This document shows positions 11,844 to 25,849 of a stretch of 64,000 nucleotides of DNA, piece by piece. Made by a program: the position numbers and the translations under genes. This stretch comes from Eledone cirrhosa (taxonomy: Eukaryota), in NCBI GenBank assembly GCA_964016885.1, contig OZ024742.1:73718001-73782000 (forward strand), given 5' to 3'. The notes under the pieces were generated by a model. That model saw only the letters and a program-made list of their open reading frames with translations. It was not told the origin of the DNA and did no database searches. How positions within the stretch are numbered: the first letter of the stretch is position 1; each line of letters begins with the position of its first letter.

Positions 11844-12372
11844 ATATATACAAGTTAAATTTATACCACACGGAAGACAAGTTACACACACGCACATTGT
11901 ATACATCAAACTTATGCTCCCAAAAATCTATTTAGGGGAGTATAAGCTAGACAGACTAAAGTAAAAGAGTCTCACTAATATAAACATCTCCCTACCATAG
12001 TTTCAAAAACGGAAGAAGCAGTAGCGGACATTTCAAATCATTGGAATAACCAATATTGTAAAAATTCGTTTTTCGTCAGGAGAGTATTCTTTGGAAAAAG
12101 AGGAGTATCGATCATAAAGTATACATATCTTTTCGTTGTCGAAAAAACGAATTCTTACAGTATTGGTTATTACAATGATTTGAAATGCCCGGTACTGCTT
12201 CTTCCGTTTTTGAAACCATGGTAGGGAGATGTTTATATTAGTGAGACTCTTTTACTTTAGTCTGTCTAGCTTATACTCCCCTAAATAGATTTTTGGGAGC
12301 ATAAGTTTGATGTATACAATGTGTGTGTGCGTAACTTGTCTTCCGTGTGGTATAAATTCAACTTGTATATAT
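11844..12372. repeat. Near-perfect fold-back palindrome (about 230-bp arms, 63-bp spacer), PLE pseudo-LTR derived
   Basis: 11844-12076 is the reverse complement of 12140-12372 with few mismatches. Confidence 0.92.
11988..12084 (-). ncRNA. Type I hammerhead ribozyme
   Basis: Minus strand: CTCTC CTGACGA AAAACG...CGTTTTT GAAA CTATGGT A GGGAG; the other arm has the perfect palindromic stem III ACCATGGT but lacks CTGA. Confidence 0.8.
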
Positions 12373-13055
12373 CAACTTGTTTATATGAGTGATACTATCT
12401 TACTGTAGTCATTTTGATTTATACTCCTATAAATAGAGTTTTGGGGGCATAAGTTTAATATGTAAAATTGCTTCTCTGAGTGATATTTTATCTGAATATT
12501 TTATCCATTTATTGAGATATCTAAGTATTAGAGACAAATAACCTTTTAATTTCACCCCCCCCCCACACACACACACAGTTAGAATTTAGAATGGAGGAGG
12601 GTGCTATGAAAGCATAATAGCTAGAATAAGAATAGGATGGAAAAAAAAATTCAGAGAGCTACTCTCACTGTTGACCACAAAAGGTTTCACCCTACGTGCA
12701 AAAGGGGGGCGACTGCACAACTCCTACGATGCTGCATGGTAGTGAAACAAATCACTGAGACTCACAGAGGCGATGACAAAGGATCGCAATGTGTGGAGAA
12801 GGACCCACCCAACCCATAAAAACGATTACATATATATATATATATATATTTCGTTTCTGAATTTGTTTAGCAAGATTCTTTATCTGAAAACGTGTGTTGA
12901 AACCGATATTGTTATACTTTGGGAGGGTCATGTTGCCAATAAGAAACACACGCACCAGTTGCTTTCACTTCAATTTATTATAATAAATTTATAAATTTAG
13001 GAATTTATAAATTTCCGGTTGGTTGGTTCCACAACCAGATGGTTGTTTATATATT

Positions 13056-13098
13056 GTCAAAGTTCTTTCGTCACACATTCTGTGATCTCTTCAGTGAC
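13056..13098 (-). ncRNA. Minimal type I hammerhead ribozyme in PLE pseudo-LTR
   Basis: Minus strand: GTCA CTGAAGA GaTCACA gaatg TGTGAC GAAA GAACT T TGAC. Confidence 0.78.
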
Positions 13099-13299
13099 TG
13101 GGGATTCTTTTCTTTGTTTTTGTGCCTCTCCTTTGTTCTATCCTACGCCATCTTGTTTCTGTGTGTGTGTTGTGTGCTCAGTCTGCGCATGCGCCACATC
13201 CGGGTGTCTGTGTGTGTTTATATTCGTTTATTTATTTGTTTATTTACATGTTACTGGTTGGTTGTTTGTTCTATGTGCGTGTGTGTTTTCATTTTGTCC

Positions 13300-14938
13300 T
13301 TAATTGTAAGTTGTGATGTTGCTGTTCCACTCATATTTTCTATTTAATTCTGGTTGTAATTCGTTTATGTTTATTGCCTCTGTGATTTGTCTAAACATTG
13401 CGTCTTTTCTGTGTGTAGATTCTATTTTTATTTCTATGTTCTCTAATTTACCCTTATGTTCTATTTTAGCATGTTGGTAGAGTACAGATGATTCTTTACT
13501 ATCTTGAAGGTCTCGCCAGTGTTCATTTATCCGTTCCCCTACACTACGAGCTGTCTCACCTATGTACACTATATTTTTATCTTTACATTGTCCTTCAGTA
13601 CATCTTATGCTATATACTACATTTCTAGTTTTACAGTTAATATGGGGGCTTAATTTACAGGTTATACATTTCTTATCTATACAGGGGGGTCTTTGAAAAG
13701 GGTATGTCTTGCTAATAAGTGTTTTTATGGAGGTACCTGGTCTTTCTACTACCTTAATATTGAGTTTATGTTTATCTAGGGCCCTTCTAAATTTGTAAGC
13801 TAATTCGCCTCTAGAGGTTGTATCGATGAACATTACACTCTGGTATTTATTGCTATCATACCATGAGTTTATTCTATTAGCCTTATTCCTAGTTCTTTCT
13901 ATTCTATTCCAAAATTTGCTCCTATACAAGGGCCAGGTCCCATTTGTGTCATTATTTACCATTTTTTCCCATTTGGTTCTGGCTCCTCTATACACTCTGA
14001 TTTTATCTCTCTGATTGTAACCAGAGAACTGCATACGGTGGATGAAGTGTTGTATGTGTCTCTCTAGTTCTTCGGGGTTGCACACGCGGGACACGTTTCT
14101 CATCACCCGTACCAAATCCGCAATCAGTATGTTGATTTTGGTATGGTCCGAAACAGCTGAGTTTCGGTGGATCAGATATTTGGAAGTCATGGGTTTGGCA
14201 TAATGGGAATGGAGGATTTGTTTTTTGTTATTAATGGTATCTAACTAGAGCTCTGTGTCTAGTACAGGTAATCGATGGTTGGGGTGTTTGCTTGGGTAGT
14301 GTATAGTAACTCTAATACTCTGGTGGATGGAGTTAGCTATTTGCTGGATGCTTTCCATTGTGTTTTTCTCTAATTCCTGACTGTTCTCTAGTGGGGGTGT
14401 TTTAACTACGATGTTTATATCATCAACGTAGCGGGAGTACATTATCAAGGTTAAGGGGTCTTCTAATTGTTCTTTAAGTTTAAGTCTACTGTCCCACCAT
14501 ACCATGAATAAGTTAGCTATGTCGCCTGTAATGCTAACACCAATGGCTGCTCCCTCCTCTTGGGCATATGTTTTTCCATTAAATTTGAACATATGTTCCT
14601 TAAGGGTTAATTTTATGCTGGCCCCCACCGCATGTGCAATCATTTTCTTTAGTTCATCGTGGTTTTCGGGGGTCCGTATGGCTCTGGTCCACCCGTTCCA
14701 TCTATCTGTGTGGGTTTTCTTGGCCATTGAGGTAATGGTAGGTGGTGTGCCTCTTGCTGGTCTTGTAGGGCACAGGTTGCTAAGGTCATATGTGTCTAGA
14801 TAATTATTACTATAGGTAAGTTTAAGTAGGAGTCCCAGCTCACTGGTATCAATCCCACGGAACTCAACATTGCTCTCACTGATCATTTCTACGCATTTCT
14901 CCACAGCAAAATCCACGTCAATAGATGGATACAGGGAC

Positions 14939-14941
<3 letters not shown>
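13300..14941 (-). pseudogene. PLE RT-GIY-YIG polyprotein, broken near 14190-14247
   Basis: SLYPSI...GAAIGVSITGDIANLFMVWWD...RYVDD...LPVLD; then CIDKKCITC...CKTRNVVYSIRC...YIGETARSVGERINEH...LNRKYEW. Confidence 0.9.
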
Positions 14942-15023
<82 letters not shown>

Positions 15024-15334
15024 GGGGGAGAGGAAAGAGAGAGAGAGTACACTGCATTATTACTGTATGTCACCAACGTATTAAATTAGTTGATTTTTTG
15101 TGATAACACCTGATTTCTATGTTGGTAATGTAAAATGGCTGGACCACAATTCTCGTCTTACAGCCAATACATACCTATATGACTAAGGGGAAGTTTCAAC
15201 TTACAGCAGCAGCAATGTTCCTACCTTTACATATTGCCACGGCTAAACTCACTAATTTATATAGCTCTCAGTTGACATCTACACGAAAAATGAGTATATT
15301 GACACCAATCTACTCACTATATTGCACTGGAAAG

Positions 15335-15875
15335 GATCTCCATCGGTTTCGACGATGTGTGTTGTATTCTAGTTGTTGGATCAACCTAATGGAGAAGCAT
15401 ACTCATGAAATTAACGTGCAGGTGGCCGAGTATTTCACATACAAATGTTCCTTTAATGTAATTCTCAGCGTGATTTAGAGCAGAGGTTCTCAAATTTTTG
15501 ACACCCACCCCCTACCCTCACGGCGATTAATACCCTCAGCGCACCCCGCCCCTATTTCCAGAGAGGCCTGCCTACACGTAAATTGTAAATAACATATAAT
15601 AAATAAAATCGCTAACTTATATATAACAAATAATATAATATATACTATGTATAGATAAATATATATTTTTTATTTTAATATAGTTATATATATGTATCAT
15701 TTGATATTTAATATACAATTATATCATCTCTACCGCTGCCCTCCTCCCTCTTAGACCACAGCCCCCTCCCCCGGACCTTCTCAACGCCCCTGGGTGGTAG
15801 CGCCCACTTTGAGAACCTCCGATTTAGAGTGTCATAGTGCCTGACAAGGTAGGCCATTTAAATTACATGTACAGT
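15335..15875 (-). mobile_element. Family-A SINE 3' part, interrupted by a hAT MITE
   Basis: CCATCGGTTTCGACGATG...GAAATTAACGTGCA...TGACAAGG is the reverse of the family-A tail. Confidence 0.65.
15481..15821. mobile_element. hAT (Charlie-like) MITE
   Basis: TIR CAGAGGTTCTCAAA / TTTGAGAACCTCCG; 8-bp TSD ATTTAGAG at 15473-15480 and 15822-15829. Confidence 0.9.
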
Positions 15876-16397
15876 ACATCCGATGGATTCCCAAATAGTT
15901 TCCGTCTACCCAATTCCAGTGAAAGGCTAGGGCCGACTCGTGGTTATGGGAAATGACAATTGCTCAAGATACCAGGTAACTCGCCACACTGTGTCTGCAC
16001 GCTTACTGTATTTCATTGTTAAACATTAAACACTGTGTTCAGTTCCTTACCAGAACTGCAACACTCTACAGCTCACTTCTCAGCAAATGGTCGTTTTATT
16101 TACTGTAGAGGTCGACATAGAGATTTACAAGTGGAACATCAACAACATCAATGTCACCGAACTGAAAGGCACGGGCTGCGCCTCTCCTTTGCTGATTCAA
16201 AATAGAAAATAACAACAAAAACAACGAAAGACTATTCATTTGGTTATATTTGTTATTCTATTTTTAAGGAAATTTCCCTATAATCTGGCTGGTATTAGGA
16301 CCCGAGCCCAGAAACTAACAGTTACACACTTTAGCCACTAAACTGTAGTCAAAATATTGTAACAATGACTTGGGTGTGAATATTTGTAATAGGAAGA

Positions 16398-16665
16398 TAG
16401 TGGTGGTGGTGGTGTTGGACATGGTGGTGGTGGGGGTTGTGATGGTGGTTTTGGTGGTGGTTGTGTTGGTTTTGGTAGGGTGGTATTTTGATGGTGGCCT
16501 AGCTGGTGATGGTGGTGGTCTTTATGGTGGTTGATATGATGGTTGTGGTGGGTGGGATGGTTGTGGTGGCTGGGATGGTTGTGAAGGTGGTTTTGGTGGT
16601 GCTGGCGATGGTGGTGCTGCTGGTGGGGGTGGGGGTTTACTGTGGTGGTGGTGGTAGCTGTGGTG
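16398..16665. repeat. Degenerate (GGT)n repeat
   Basis: Direct reading. Confidence 0.9.
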
Positions 16666-16951
16666 TGCGCTAAGTAGGAGGTACACCGAGTGTTGACGCA
16701 ACCCGGTTTTTAAGGTAAAAATAAAAACTTGTCAAACATGTTTGAAGATTGAGGTTTCTGTTGATCACAGTGTGTGTTCAACACCTGCATTGGGGATTAT
16801 ACACGGACATATGTACACACATACATACACACAAATGGCGTACACGCACTCACACACACACATATATGCACACATATATACCCCTCCCCCATATATATAT
16901 ATAGTTTAACTTATGCCAAAGTCTCCATTGTGGGGAATATTTTTCTGTTTG

Positions 16952-18087
<1,136 letters not shown>

Positions 18088-18304
18088 AGATGTAGGAGAA
18101 ATTGAGTGGTAAGAAGAGGAGGGAGGGATGAGGGAGGTGTAATTAAGAACTATCAACTGCTACCACTGAGGTCAGTTTGACAAAGGTGACGGTGACCCAG
18201 CTCATTGGATTTTACTCTTGACTCTCTCTCTTGCATAACCAATCTAACTTGAACACTTACTCAGTAACTTCCATAGACTCACTGATTATAGAGAGTGACG
18301 TGTG

Positions 18305-18606
18305 AAGGCACCTGACTTACTGGTTTGGCTGTTAGGCTCAGGATCGTAAGGTTGCGAGTTCAATTGTCCTTGAGCAAAACATTTTATTTCTTGACTCAGT
18401 CCTCTCAGCAGGCAAAACATGTGGTTCATGTCATTCAAAGATCCAAGCATTGTCATACAATGTGTCACACCAAATCTACTCGAGAATTAAGTTAAGAATA
18501 TATCTGTGTGTGGAATGCGCAGCCACTTGGATGTTAATTTCACGAGCAAGCTGTTCCGTTGCTAATACAATTGAACCACTCATCGTCAGAACCGACGGAA
18601 GTCCAC
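18305..18606 (+). mobile_element. Family-A SINE
   Basis: GAAGGCAC...GAGTTCAATT...CCTTGAGCAAAACATTTTATTTC...CTCATCGTCAGAACCGACGG. Confidence 0.8.
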
Positions 18607-18715
18607 TCACGCACCAACAGTACAGTGGAATATATATATATAAGTGTAGCTGTGTTTTACAATGTATTGCTGCACAGGTTGTTGTTTGATTGTGTATTGC
18701 CGTAACTAATAGTTT

Positions 18716-19460
18716 GTGTATGTTCTGGTTTTATAATTTTATAAACTGTTACCAATAGAGAGAGTCGGTTTCTAACATAGACACAAGACTCTCTCATTGG
18801 AATTTAAACAACATAAACTAGGTAGATATGCATGTATGTCTGCATGCATTAATGTGTGTGTTTGGGGGGGGGGGGGGGGTTTGAATTATGTGTGCATATG
18901 CTTTGTATCTGTACATGTGTACATGCAGTTATTACATGCAGAATGTTTGGAATGTTGTACATATTTTTACTGTTCCATTAATGGACTGTATTTGTAATTT
19001 CATAACTAGTCGTGTTCTTTCTGTTTCTGTGAAGCCCAGCTTCCCAAGATTTATACTGAGGCAATCACAGGTATAGATCTGAAGGTATAGTCAGGGTGGA
19101 GTATCTGCAGATTCCTCATTTATTCTGCATAGCTATTCTCCTTTTCGCTAATCTTTAATATTATATTGACATCTGTTGGGCAGCTAACTTCCACTACGGT
19201 GTATTCCTTCGTTTCCCTGTCCCATATCATTATATCTAGTCTGTTATGCTTGAATAGTATTGGGGTTTCGACCGGAACATTCCACCAGTGCTCTTTCATA
19301 TCATGTATGTGTATGTCTTCCACATTGCTGTACCTTTTAATATGTTTATTGTCGAGGCTATCTTATCTACGGATTGCATTATATAGTGTTTTGGCCACTA
19401 CATCATGTCTCATAAGTAAATAGGACCATGATGACATCTTTGGACAGCTGCTTATGTCAT
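18716..19460 (-). mobile_element. R4-like (RLE) non-LTR retrotransposon 3' fragment
   Basis: ISSCPKMSS...RHDVVAK, HNRLDIMIWD...VVEVSCPTDVN...EKEN; same family as 61680-62258. Confidence 0.8.
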
Positions 19461-19489
19461 TGGGGGGATCTACATCCTATCTGTATGAA

Positions 19490-19985
19490 TGTACGTATGT
19501 TTCTCTTTCTATTAATTTCGAGTATATTTTTGACCGGCCATCTTCCTGGTGGCAAGGTTGTAAAAGAAAAGAAATTATCATCCCTTTAATCGCAAGAATG
19601 TTTTGCAAATTTTGAAGGTACCAGATATCGCGGCCATTTGTAGTTTATGGATTGGAGAGCTGCACTCTTTGTCTACAAATTCAATTTCAGTTATACTTTG
19701 GTTCAAGCGGGTTGGTATAAAACACCCCATCAATGGTCCATATATATTTTCATTCTCTTGTATTTTTCTAACAATATTGACATCAAGTGGGCAAATGACT
19801 TCTACAACAGAACATGTTGTTAATGTGTGGCACCAAACAACAATATCACGCCGGTTGTGCTTCAATTTAGTGGCGGTTTTTATTTTTAGTTCTCACCAAT
19901 ATTCCTTTGAGCCAGCAGTCTTAGCATATTCCTCCCTATTTGATTTCATTCTCGTCCTCTGTAATGCATTACATATTCCTAATTA
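19490..19985 (-). mobile_element. Second R4-like RLE family 3' fragment
   Basis: KHNRRDIVVW...VVEVICPLDVN...AISGTFKICKTFL; 3' end shared with 61520-61666. Confidence 0.78.
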
Positions 19986-20291
19986 GCTTGCCTCTTCTGA
20001 TTTTGTTAAGTGTAGCTTTATAAAATTGTTGTTTAGGCTGTTAATCACATATCCAAACGTTCAAATAATCTATAATATTATAAAGCTGAGTATCGTGTGT
20101 ATGTATTATGTATGTATCCTACACACCTCCCTATAGTTTCTTAGCTTTACTCTCTCCGTCGCTCTTCTCTCTCTCTATAATAGATCATTCCCCCTCTCTA
20201 TAATTTAACTGCTTTGCTCTCTATCTCTCTTCACTCTCTATATGACAACACTCTTTTACTTTCCGTATCTACCTTCAATATATCAATATAT

Positions 20292-20578
20292 ACCCAGGTT
20301 CTGCTGCACGTCGGGCTGAGGGGGCCAAACTCCTCAAATACCGGTCGCTCTCCGACAGGTTTGCGGTCGTACCCCTGGCAGTGGAGACTTCTGGTGTCCT
20401 CGGCCCCAGGGCTATCTCCTTACTCACCACCATAGGCGCTGAGCTGGCCAGCCGCAGGTGTGAGCCCCGCGAGTTGACGAGGCTTTTCCAGCGCGTCTTC
20501 CTTGCCGTCCTCCAGGGAAACGCCTTCTCCATTCTGTCCGCTGGGGCTGTAGGTAGGCCCCATCGCGTACCGTTGTAG
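20292..20578 (+). mobile_element. CRE-like RLE retrotransposon C-terminal fragment
   Basis: AARRAEGAKLLKY...VPLAVETSGVLG...LFQRVFLAVLQGNA; GC-rich island in AT-rich flanks. Confidence 0.75.
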
Positions 20579-20791
20579 TTGTTGTATACAGATATTAACT
20601 CATCAATCCCATTATTTATATAATATATCAACATAGAGATGAGTGTCGTATGTATGTTTATTTCAAAAGGATAACCTCCTTCAAATTCGGTCAACACACA
20701 AGCAGGTAATACATACATCAAAAGGCAACACTCTTAGAGAGACAGAGAGTGAAAGAGACAGATTAGGAAAACTACACACACGCACGTCTCG

Positions 20792-20991
20792 NNNNNNNNN
20801 NNNNNNNNNNNNNNNNNNNNNNNNNNNNNNNNNNNNNNNNNNNNNNNNNNNNNNNNNNNNNNNNNNNNNNNNNNNNNNNNNNNNNNNNNNNNNNNNNNNN
20901 NNNNNNNNNNNNNNNNNNNNNNNNNNNNNNNNNNNNNNNNNNNNNNNNNNNNNNNNNNNNNNNNNNNNNNNNNNNNNNNNNNNNNNNNNNN
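20792..20991. other. Assembly gap (200 N)
   Basis: Run of N. Confidence 1.
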
Positions 20992-21455
20992 GTGATCTTT
21001 CCCAACCTTCATTGGTATTTCATCGCTTTAAAAATCATATACCTCTGGTTGGTACGAGCAATAACTAAATAAAGTTATTGGAGCAAGTAAAATAGCGTGA
21101 ACCGAGCGAGACATGCAAACAAACAAAGATGGTATTGCAACGGAAAGATAGGAAGAGACATGTACATGATATCTATAAGCTTAAGCTGGTGAATTCATGG
21201 ACGAGAGATAAGACCATCCGACATGGGTGAGATGTGAGCGAGAAAAGGATTTCACACAGGTCAAACGGGAGGAAGTGAGAGGGGGGAAGCAGAGAGTGAG
21301 TGAGTGGAAGTGTGAGGAAGAGGCCAGCCGAGAGAGAGAGAGTGTGACTGGTAGAGGGGGTAAAAAGATGGTGAGAGATACACGGAGAGGGGAAGCAGTA
21401 AGAAAGAAACAGACAATCGCAGCTGAGGAAAAAATATAAATATTAAAAAAATGGA

Positions 21456-21545
<90 letters not shown>

Positions 21546-21589
21546 TTCATCATTGATATGAAAAACCACAGACAAGACATGAAAGGAAG

Positions 21590-24480
21590 AAGAAACAAAG
21601 TATGAAATCATATTGCAACTACAAGGCATATTACATAAAAGAAACAACAATATTAGAAGTTTCCAATATGCGCTAGAAAATGCATCTGTAGAAGAACTCA
21701 AAGTACTGCTAAATGTTGACAAGAGTGCACCAGGAGAGCATTCACGCCGCTATAATGCATCTAAATGTAATGAAGTTGTTACTATACTATCTGAAGAGCG
21801 TGGTAAACGTGACAATCCTTCATGGGCGATATAATCAATTATAAAGAATAAAGGAATCATATCGCTCTTATGATGCTCGCCAGCATATTTTAATTTATGT
21901 GAATATTACTGCTGAAGCGATTGAGAATTTAAGCATCCTTCCATCCAGCTTTACTGATATATGCATAAAAGAACATAGGATGCCATGACATATGTGAGGA
22001 ACTTTGGTAGACCAGACATATTCATAACTTGTAATCCAAAGTGGAAAGATATTCAAAATGAATTGCTACTTGATCAATCACATATAAATAGACACAACCT
22101 CATTGGCAGGAACTTCAAACTTAAAGTGGTCAAAATGACGGATGTCATCACAAAAGGAGATATCTTTAGACCGGTAAGATATCACATGTACACTTTCGAA
22201 TGGCAGAAACGTGGATTACCCCATGTGCATATCTTATTTGGTTGCATGAAAAATCTCACTCTGACCAAATTGACAAAATAATATCTGCAGAGGTCCCTGA
22301 TCCTCCAAAAGCAGAGCATTGTATGAAATAGTGAAGATTCAAATGGTACATGGCCCATGTGGAACTCTCAACAAGAGTTCACCATGTATGCCAGACAGCA
22401 GATGCACAATGAAATATCTATGAAGTTTTTTGAAGGCACTCAATTTGGAGATGATGGTTATCCATCTTACAGAAGAAAACCAGGAGATGGAGATTTCCAA
22501 GCAAAAATTGGACAATATGAAACTGACAATAGATGGATTGTTCCATATTTCCCATTGTTGCTCAAATTATTTAATGTTCAAATCAATGTTGAATTGTAAA
22601 AGTCACTGAAATCCATCATACTTGTCTGCAAATATGTAAACAATGGATCAGATTCTGTAATGTTTACTCTACAAAGACAATGTACAATATGAAGTCAGTA
22701 TGTATCAACAAGGTAGATAGATCAGTAGCAATTAAACATTTTGAAAATATTTTGATTTTCAATACAGTAACGTTATCTACCGATTCAACAGTTGCCTGTC
22801 CATCAATGGGCAACGTGACTATTTTGCAGCTGCAACTGCTGCTCAGCAAGCAATGTTTCCTAAAGAAACTACTCTAACAACGTATCTCAATCTTTGCCAG
22901 GATGACCCATTTGCAAGAACAATTTATTATTACCAACCACCATCTTACTATACATGGGGCAACAAGCAATGGAAGAGGTTAAAAGGGGTGTTCCTATTGA
23001 AAATTATCCTGATATCAGATTTCATAGTGCTCTTTGAAGAGTTTATAAAGTACACTCTAATCAATATAAATGTTTCTACTTAAGGATGTTGCTTCATACA
23101 GTCAAGGGTTAAACACCCTTTGAAGCTCTAAGGACTGTTAATAATACTACCGGTCAAACCTATCGTGAAGTCTGCCTTCAGCTTGGATTACTGGAAGATG
23201 ACTCTCAATGAGACAAGACACTTTCTGAGGCTTCCATATCACATATTGCAAGTAGTTCACTAGTCTATTAACTATTGAAATTGGAATTGGTGATCCAAAC
23301 GTCATATGAGGAAAGTATAAAGATGAACTGTCTGGAGATTATATGCATCAAGTCCAAACGTCATATGAGGAAAGTATAAAGATGAACTGTCTGGAGATTA
23401 TATGCATCAAGTACAACAGAGATGTCTTGACATTGCTTTATCTAACAATGATGAGATTTACAATAGTGCATTAATCAACAAAGAAGACAAACTGCTGGCT
23501 ATTGGAGCGCTTCCTAAACGTATTCGTGGCAATGAAAACATCTGAAATGCAAGGAGAAACAAATTACAATATTGATGATTTGACAAGATATGTGAAAGAA
23601 AACAAGGAAAAGCTACTTCTTGACCAAAGAAAAACGTACTAAGCAGTTATTGACACCATTAGGCACAAGAGGGGTAGAAAATTCTTTCTATATGCACCAG
23701 GAGGAACTGGAAAGACATTTGTTACAAAAATACTTTTAGCAAATGTTACATAGCAACGAAGAATTGCCATTGCAGTTGCATCATCAGGTATGCTGCAACC
23801 TTCTCCCTGGAAGCTGTACCAAACATCCATTGGATATGTGGTCTAATGAAAATCCTGTGTGAAATATCAGCAAGAATTAAAGAATAGCTGAAATGTTCAG
23901 ATGTCATGTAGAATGGCACATAAGAGAGTCTTTGAAGCTGTTGACAGATCATTGTAAGATATTCGAAATAATGATTCCACAATGGAAGGTGTGACAGTGG
24001 TTCTATCTGGTGATTTTGGACAAACCCTTCCAGTTATTCCAAATGGAATAATTCTGAGAGAAGGAAGTCTATCTGTTTACAATGAAGGAGTAATAAATCC
24101 ATCACCTATTTACACAATGGTGAAATCAGAGAAAGAACTTATCAACAACGTCTTCCCAAATCTCAGTGCACAACCACTGTTTGAGTGCAAGGGTAATTCT
24201 AGCCCCGCAAACTGTAACAGTGAATGCTATAAACTTTGATCTCCTAATGTGTCTTCCTTGAAATTGCCAATCCTACAGATCTATTGACACTGTTGTTGAC
24301 TAATCAGAAATAGTGAATAATCCAGTTGAGTTTTAAACTCACTGGAACCACCAAGTTTACCTCCTTATGCACCTAAATGCTCCTAAAAATGTATATCCTC
24401 AAAAATTGTGCAATGGAATAAGACTTAGTGTGAAGGAAATTACACCATGTGTTATAGAAGATATTATACTCTCTAGATGT
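21590..24480 (+). pseudogene. Degraded Helitron Rep-Pif1 helicase
   Basis: GRPDIFITCNPKW, EWQKRGLPHVHIL (HUH), DNRWIVPY...INVE, APGGTGKTF (Walker A, about 23695-23720), LSGDFGQTLPVIP, LCNGIRL; many stops and frameshifts. Confidence 0.92.
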
Positions 24481-25849
24481 GGTGGTGACAGTGGTAGTAG
24501 TAGTAGTAGTAGTAGTAGAGTAGTAGAAACTGCATGCGAACGTTTTCAAACCTTTGCTATAGTAGCTCCCGCATATGTCTATGAATGTATATGAGCATGT
24601 ACATCTGTACGCTCACATATGTCTATGGATGTATATGAAGATGTACATCTGTGAGCATGTATACTTATATACGCTCACATATGTCCATGAGTGTATATGG
24701 ACATGTATGTTTGTGTACGCTCACATATGCAAGTCCGTGCTGACTACAATTTCCTGACGTCATCCAATAAGACCGAAACAAATTCGTTGCTTTCCCTGTT
24801 TCTGCTAAACAAAGATTAGATTTTTCTTCAAGCATGAACAATTATTTTTTTTAAAGTAATTCTTAATTTCTTGAAATTATCTCTCCTTTTGTTTTGACTC
24901 TAACAATTGCCGCTAGGTATTTGTTTTCCTTTCTCCAATTAAGAGGAACTTTTCTATCCATTAAGTATATTTTGCCTACGTCATTCTGTGCATCAACATC
25001 TAGATGAATTATATATGTGTACGTATATTTTTGCGTGTGTATGTGTATGTGTGTATGATATAATGACTTACTTTGAATAAAGACTAGGGTGTGTCAGCTG
25101 GATTAAATGGGTTCAATCTCAGTCAGTTTATATTGCTCCTCCTGTATTGAAATATTGTTATTGTCCTTGTTGTCTAACTCCAGCTCAGGGATCATCGAGC
25201 AAAACTATGATCAAAACAACTCCAGTCTGACAATTCCGTTTTATTTTTTAAAAGCACAAAGTATCTAGGGCTACATTATCGAATAAGGTGTCATTTGAGG
25301 ATAATTAAGCTGCTATTTCTAGCAGGTCGAGCGACCATGTGATGACTTCCTCTCTGATATGGCAGAGTTGAAATGTAGTCAACCGTTTTCTACATTTTTC
25401 TCATATAACACCTTGATGTCTAAGGTATACTATACCCGTAAATTAAATGATGGGATTTCATGGGTCTTCGCAATCAGAAATAATTTGGGGGTTAATCAAA
25501 AACAACAACCACTCGTCCCCTTTTCCTAGAGACTCTCTATGTAGTTATGCAACCTGTTAGAAATAGCAGTCAGATGTTATTAAAATCGCGCTTAAATATG
25601 AAATAATGCATTGTATAATGTACAGTAAAGATAGGCTTTGATCATATTTTTTTCTATCAACTACAATTACTTTTCTGTAACCTACTATATCCATCTACCT
25701 TTCTCTGCATCCTGAACTTCTTAAGGAGTCGTAGGCGCGTTGTCGTGACATTTTAAACCTGGCGGAGTCAATCCCTCTTCAGATCACAACAGAGCTACAT
25801 CCTTCTAGAGAGAAAGAGAGGGCGAGAAAGAAAATGAAAACGAAAGGTC

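Larger units (their letters stand above)
13000..14941 (-). mobile_element. 5'-truncated Penelope-like element (Naiad-like) with 3' pseudo-LTR
   Basis: RT plus GIY-YIG remnant followed by a UTR containing a hammerhead; 5' end joined to (TA)n. Confidence 0.88.

Noticed and set aside
18530-18595. Minus-strand CTGACGA...GAAA in a SINE tail
   Set aside because: CTGA is absent in the other family-A copies; no stem I or III
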